DNA from: the human T2T-CHM13v2.0 reference genome, Homo sapiens
Strand: one strand, 5' to 3'
Length of the DNA stretch: 64,000 nucleotides
Assembly: GCF_009914755.1 (NCBI RefSeq)
Contig: NC_060936.1
The translations under genes and the position numbers were made by a program. The notes beneath the pieces are model-generated. The model searched no databases. It was not told the DNA's origin and saw only the letters and a list, made by a program, of their open reading frames with translations. Positions 57,560-64,000 of this stretch are shown in pieces. How positions within the stretch are numbered: position 1 is the stretch's first letter; every line of letters begins with the position of its first letter.

Positions 57560-58385
57560 TAAAACTATTATTGCCTTTTTGAGGAAATAATGGATCTAGG
57601 CATGATCATCAATGACTGCTTAAATTATCAGGTGAAAAGCCGATGAGGTCCTTTATTTATAATAGTTAGGTCAGGCTAATTCAGGTGCCTAGAACTGACT
57701 AATCAACTTTAACATCACTGAAAGGGAAATAAACAGTCTGATGTCCTCCTGATGGAAATACACACCATGCCTATGAGGTCAAAAGAAAAAACAAAATCAA
57801 ACCTGAACTAATCAAGTCCTAAATCTAATTATCAGTTTATAGCAAACACAGGAAACAACAGAACATGCCACATCACACCACAGGGATGCAGTGTGCAAAA
57901 TCCAGACTGTGGGAAACAAAGGGCCCAGATTCTTAAACAAGTACGTTGTAATTATGGGAAGAGAAGGAGGGAGAGGGCATTTGCAAATTAAAAGAAACTT
58001 CAGAGACATATCAAGCAAAGCACAGATTTTGTTTGGATGCTAATTCAAAGAAACCACTATTAAAAATAACCACTTAGGACACCGTCAGAATAAACTGAAA
58101 TACTGATTGGAAAGAGGCAGAATTGGCTAGAGACAATCACTGTTAAAGTGTGATAATAGTATTGTGGTAATTTTTTTAAGAGTGCTCGTCTTTTAGAAAT
58201 ACATACTAACATACACACATATGAAATAAGATGATGTCTGGGATTTGCTTTAAAATAATTGACGAAGAGGAAGGGAAAGAAAGTAGGTGGGATATGGATG
58301 AAACAAGATGGCCTGGAGTTATTATTGAAACTGGAAGATGGCATGCATGTGGGGTTCTTTATGCCACTTTCTCTACTTTTTAACT
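57560..58385 (+). mobile_element. L1MC/MD-like 3'UTR fragment
   Basis: aacctgaactaatcaagtcct..agatcta-like motif; gatgtctgggatttgctttaaaataat; atggatgaaacaagatggcc. Confidence 0.7.
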
Positions 58386-58652
58386 AGGGAAAAAAGGCAA
58401 TAGAATTGCAATAGTAACACTTTCTTATCTTATTTCCACCTACGGCTTGACTATGGAACATCTGGAACTGCTATGCAGAATGTATTATTTAATTTTGAGT
58501 TTACGTTTTGGCCTTGCTCTGCAAGTTGACCTCAGTTCTTTATGTCTTCTAGATGTGCAATACTGTATTGACAAAAAACAAATATAACAAAAATTTTTTA
58601 AAGTTACAATCTCAACATAGTTATTTACATGTTACCAAAAGAAAAATGCTTT

Positions 58653-59198
<546 letters not shown>

Positions 59199-59226
<28 letters not shown>
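59199..59226 (+). repeat. (CA)14 microsatellite, i.e. (UG)14 in the TMTC1 pre-mRNA
   Basis: Directly visible at the end of the Alu tail. Confidence 0.97.
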
Positions 59227-59230
<4 letters not shown>

Positions 59231-60137
59231 AACAACAGTAACAACAAAAACAAAGAAGCCATTTGGAATCACTTCAAAAGCTAATTACACTGGAGATAGG
59301 GGGTGGAGGGGATAGTTCAGCTAGCTGTCCAACAGCTACAGTATTTCTTTTTAATTCTTTCACTATGAATTACATTGAAGCAAATCATCCTGTTTATTTC
59401 TGCTATAATTTCAGAAGCAAAATAATCTGTCAAATATCTCTGCCCCGCTGTGTTATCTTTTTTAAAGCAAGTGCAAAACCAAAATGAATTATTTACCAAT
59501 TTTCTACCACAAATTCTGTGAACAGAAGGAAAGTCACAAGAATATCTTGCCAACAAAATGGAATATATGGCACAGAAAGCCAGGAATTCAGCTTAAACAA
59601 TTTAGTCATGCATTTTCATTGATAAGCCAGAAAAGAGTAAAGAGGTTTCATGGCCGAAAAACATGAAAGGGAAAGGCAAGCTGGAGCTGAGGCTGTGGGG
59701 AAAATGGCATTCATCAAATGGCACCTAACAAAACTGTGTGGCTCTTCACGTCTAAATTTTCATTTTTATCGAGAAAAAAATCAAAGTGTTTTAAGTGCAA
59801 GAATATACATAAATTCTGTTCTCTGCCTCGGCAAAAACCTATCTGGCTAAGAAATGACATGAGCCTAACATATTTCTTTGCCCTAGAAAGATGTCTATGA
59901 TAGGTACATATGAAAAAATCAGGTACTGCAAGCAGAAATATATAGTTCTTGCTTGCTTTACATAAAAAAGTTATTGCTCATAGGATCTTTCTTTTACTTT
60001 TGCCTACAAAATCTTTTATCATTTTATAAATACAGGACATTGGGTCCACTGTACACACTCACCTCCTCTTAGGAAGGGCATTTGCCACCTGTCAATATGC
60101 CACTGGTGAGGAGCACCCCACCCGGCCCAGACTCTAC

Positions 60138-60924
60138 TGATACCGCTGACATGGGAGGCGGGCAGGGAAGTGCTGGGTAGAGAAGGGCGGGGTCCCTGGC
60201 TAGGGCTCTACCCTCAGGCTTGGGCTCACGGACCTAAGTGAGAACAGGCACTCCTGTTTTCGTGCCCAAATGTTGCATTTTCCAAAACCCCTCTGGCCCA
60301 CCATGACCCCCATCTTGTGCCCATAAAACCCTGAGACCCTAGCGGGCACAGATACAAGTGGCTGGACATCGAGAGGAGCAGAGGAGCTGAAGAGCACGCC
60401 GACAGACCCCAGCAGACACTGGCAGGACATTGATGGCTGAATGACATGGAATTCAGCTGAGGGTGATCGGCTGGACTCTAGGGAAAGACTACCTTCCCAC
60501 TCCATCTCCCTTCTGGATCCCCATCCAACTCACTGAGAGCTACTTCTACCACTCAATAAAACCTTGCACCCATCCTCCAAGCCCACGTGTGATCTGATTT
60601 TTCTGGTACACTAGGGCAAGAACTCAGGATACAGAAAGCCCTCTGTCCTGGTGATAAGGCTGAGGGTCTAATTGAGCTGATTAACACAAGCCGCCTGCAG
60701 ACGGCAAAGCTGAAAGAGCACACGGTAACACACACCCACTGGTGCTTCAGCAGCTGTAAACACTCAACCCTAGATGCTGCCAGGGGGTTGGAGCCAAAGA
60801 CTCTCCCCATGACTGGCTGGTCTGCATGCTTCGGCTAAGGGTTTGAGCAGCAGGGCACCGAAGAATCGAGCCACTCCCCCATCACACACCCTGCCAGGGG
60901 GATAAGGGAACTCCTCCCGTTTCA
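60138..60924 (+). mobile_element. LTR1-family (HUERS-P2/ERV1) solo LTR
   Basis: tgatac...gggcagggaagtgctgggtagagaagggcggggtccctggc start, TATA-like cataaaa, AATAAA and ..gataagggaactcctcccgtttca end. TSD ctac/ccac. Confidence 0.85.
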
Positions 60925-61554
60925 CCACTAGGTTTTGGTGATCTGTCCTGCTCCCTCCCAGGCTGCTGCCTGTTTTCATCCTCATAACTCCTGAATTACC
61001 ATTGATGTTTCAAAGGGTCTCCACCTCACTGGGCCCCAGCCATGACAGGCCTACACAGGCATTACCTGGTAATTACTGTCTTTAGCATCTTCTTCCCCTG
61101 CCCAAAACCTTCTCCAGAACTATCCAAAGAAAGCTACTTCCTGCACTACCCTCCTCAATACACAGGGAAACTTCACTTGAATTCATTAAACATTGAATAA
61201 TTATCCCGTACGCCTTCCTAGGTGCTAAAGGGTAGTATGATCTAGCCTCTGCCTTCCACAACAGCATTTTCGCTGCATTGCTGGTGAGAACACACACACA
61301 TTACATAGTTGAGAACAGTGTAATATTAATATCAAACTTCAATGGAGTTCTAAGAAATGATAGATTAATGAGAAATGGAAGATGAAGGGAAGACATCCTA
61401 GGATCTCCACAGAATTTAAGTAGGTGGAGAGATGGGAGATAGTCCAGGCAGGGCCACCCAAGAGTAATAGCTTCAAATTGTAAATAAACATGACATTTTT
61501 AAAGAACAGTTATGAGTACAGGATTAGACATGTATAATATAAAAATGATAAAAA

Positions 61555-61975
61555 TTACTACCAGTAGAAAGTCTAAAATAAAATATCATGTCAAATGTCA
61601 GTGAGGATGAGCAATTAGAACTTTGAAATCCTACTATAAATTGATTAAACCACTTTGCAGAACTGTAGGCAGTTTCATGAAAGCAAAATAAATGCATATT
61701 TCATGAACTAGCAATTCCACTCCTAAGCAATTCCACCCAACAGCATTGGACACAAGTGTTTACCAAAAGACATTTAGAAGATTGTTCATAGCAGGACTTT
61801 TCTTAATAGCGCCAAACTGGAGACAACTCACATATCCATCTACAATAAAATGCATACATACATTATGGAATATCCATGTGATGGAAATCAATTCAGCAAT
61901 GAGAATGAATGCAACAACATGGAGGAACCTCACAATGGTAATGTGGAACAAGCACAGAAGACACAAAAGAAAAGG
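61555..61975 (+). mobile_element. Old L1ME-like fragment
   Basis: agcaattccactcctaag..ccaaaagacattt-agaagattgttcatagcag..ccaaactggagacaac. Peptide YQKTFRRLFIAGLFLIAPNWRQ resembles the ORF2 C-terminus. Confidence 0.75.
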
Positions 61976-62384
61976 AAATCAAGAAAAACCATCTATAGAC
62001 AACGATATATGACTGGAAGCAGGACCTGAGCTCCAGGAAACAAGGCTGGTACTAGAAAGCCACAGGCAATCCCCCAGTGGAATGGATCATGTAAAAGCCA
62101 GCAAAGTAGAAGGTGCTAGATAAGTGCTATGCCCCCATGGGGCATTCCGGGGCCGAGACCCATCAGTAGTCCTGAACACTTGCTGCTTCAGCACCTGGGA
62201 CCCATAGAGATAGTGAGACTATTTCCAAACACCCGATGAAAGAAGAAAAGAGAGCCAAGCAACTCCGACAAGCTTCTCATTGTGTTCTGTTAAAGTTCCT
62301 CTGGCTTACAAGGATGAATGGTCCAATTAACCGAGCTCAATTAAAGGCGGAGACTATTTTTAAAATTCCCAGAAGAGACGTATG

Positions 62385-64000
62385 GTGAGATCACGGCAGA
62401 CAGGAGGCAGGACCAGATGCAGCTGTGGACAGAGCAGCGAGGGGGGGCTCACATTGTGAATTTTAGCTCCAGATTGATTGCAAGAACAAATCAGCAATCC
62501 CAAGAGGACCCACAGACCCTCTTAAGGACCCAGGAGACCCCCCACAAAACTGTGAATGCCCCAACAGTGGAAGTGGGAAAGGGAGACCCTCCTCTCCCAA
62601 ACACGTCCCCCACAACTGGAGAAGCTGAAGGTCTGTTTGTGGGAGAAGTTTCTGACTTTACCTGGAGCTGAGTCAATTTGGAGAGCCAAGTGAAATACTG
62701 GGGTAGAGGAAGCAGCAGAAAGGCCCTGGGAGCTCGCGGGCTCCCCTGGCAGGCCGTTCCTGCCTGGAACCACAGGGATCCAATGGGAGAGAAGCAGGGG
62801 ATAAAACTACACAGAGAGAAGGAAATCTCTAGCTGAACTTTGTAACAGTTTGAACGGGGTGAGAAGCCTCCTGGCCAGAACTCGGGGGAGGGTGCAAATC
62901 TGATGTGCAGACTCCACAGGCTAGGGAAGAACCAAGCCCTTTTCTTATGCAGCTGGGAGGCAGACAGCCTCATATCGCTTACGGTCTGGGGGTTGTTGAG
63001 GGGGGCATGGTGGGAGTGAGACCAGCCCTTCGGTTTGTGTGGGAGCTGGGTGAGGCCTGTGACTGCCGGCTTTCCCCGGCTTCCCTGACAACCTGCATGA
63101 CTCAGCAGAGGCAGCCGTAATCCTCCTACATACACAATTCCAGTGACCTAGGAATCTCACTCCCAGCCCCCACAGCAGCCACAGCAAGACCCGCCCAAGG
63201 AGGGTCTGAGCTCAGATATGCCCAGCCCTACCCCCACCTGATGGTCCTTCCCTACCCATCCTGGTAGCAAAAGACAAAGGGCATATACTCTTGGGAGTTC
63301 TAGGGCCCTGCCCACCATCGGTCCCTCCCTATACTAGCACAGATGAAGCTCTCTGGAAAGCACCACCTCCTGGTAGGAGGCCAACCAGCACAAAAATAGA
63401 GCATTAAACCACCAAAGCTAAGAACCCTCATGGAGTCCATTGCACACCCCAGCCACCTCCACTGGAACAGACACTAGTATCCATGGCTGAGAGACCCATA
63501 GACGGTTCATATCACAGGACTCTGTAGACAACCCCTGGTACTAGCCCAGAGCCCAGTAGATTCAATGGGTGGCTAGATCCAGAAGAGAGACAATAATCAC
63601 TGCAGTTTGGCTCACAGGAAGCCACATCCATAGGAAATGGGGGAGAGTACTTCATCAAGGGAACACACCGTGGGACAAAAGAATCTGAACAACAGCCTTC
63701 AGCCCTAGACCTTCCCTCTGACAGCACCTACCCAAATGAGAAGGAACCAGAAAACCGACCCTGATAATATGACAAAACAAGGCTCTTCAATACCCCCCCA
63801 AAAAAATCACACTAGTTCACCAGCAATGGATCCAAACCAAGAAGAAATCCCTGATTTACCTGGAGAAGAATTCAGGAGGTTAGTTATTAAACTAATCAGG
63901 GAGGGACCAGAGAAAGGCAAAGCCCAATGCAAGGAAATCCAAAATATGATACAAGAAGTGAAGGGAGAAATATTCAAGGAAATAGCTTAAGAAAAAGCAA
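62385..64000 (+). mobile_element. L1PB (L1PBa-type) 5'UTR and start of ORF1, running off the window end
   Basis: gatcacggcagacaggaggcaggaccagatgcagct 5' end, then a GC-richer 1.35-kb UTR followed by ORF1. Confidence 0.85.
63736..63990 (+). pseudogene. L1 ORF1p N-terminus, disrupted by an early stop
   Basis: MRRNQKTDPDNMTKQGS..PAMDPNQEEIPDLP..EFRRLVIKLIRE matches L1PB-type ORF1p. The frame closes after 84 aa. Confidence 0.85.

Overview
This is primate, almost certainly human, genomic DNA. It is AT-rich and dense in Alu, L1, MIR, L2 and LTR repeats. The window lies inside TMTC1 (protein O-mannosyltransferase targeting cadherins 1), transcribed on the minus strand. Three internal coding exons are present: 55444-55255 (190 nt), 26407-26286 (122 nt) and 5682-5515 (168 nt). 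They have canonical AG/GT ends, their phases join correctly (2-0, 0-2, 2-2), and they translate to one continuous membrane GT-C segment (...[10 protein letters not shown]...LCYDW...AAFK|RLEHK...[22 protein letters not shown]|MGYC...SRESLFR). From memory these are probably exons 6-8, but that numbering is unverified. The two complete introns are about 28.8 kb and 20.6 kb. The rest is intronic: a 2.9-kb 5'-truncated L1PA inserted into an Alu tail, two multi-level nested transposon clusters, several solo LTRs with target-site duplications (TSDs), about 16 Alus, microsatellites and the 5' end of an L1PB. Almost all other ORFs in the track are repeat-derived or chance. I found no convincing novel gene or system. 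The best leads are RNA-processing hypotheses: a UG-repeat-flanked Alu cryptic exon, stop-less circularisable exons between inverted repeats, close inverted Alu pairs, and a sense-oriented L1 polyA site. Repeat subfamily names come from recall of consensus sequences, not from a RepeatMasker run.
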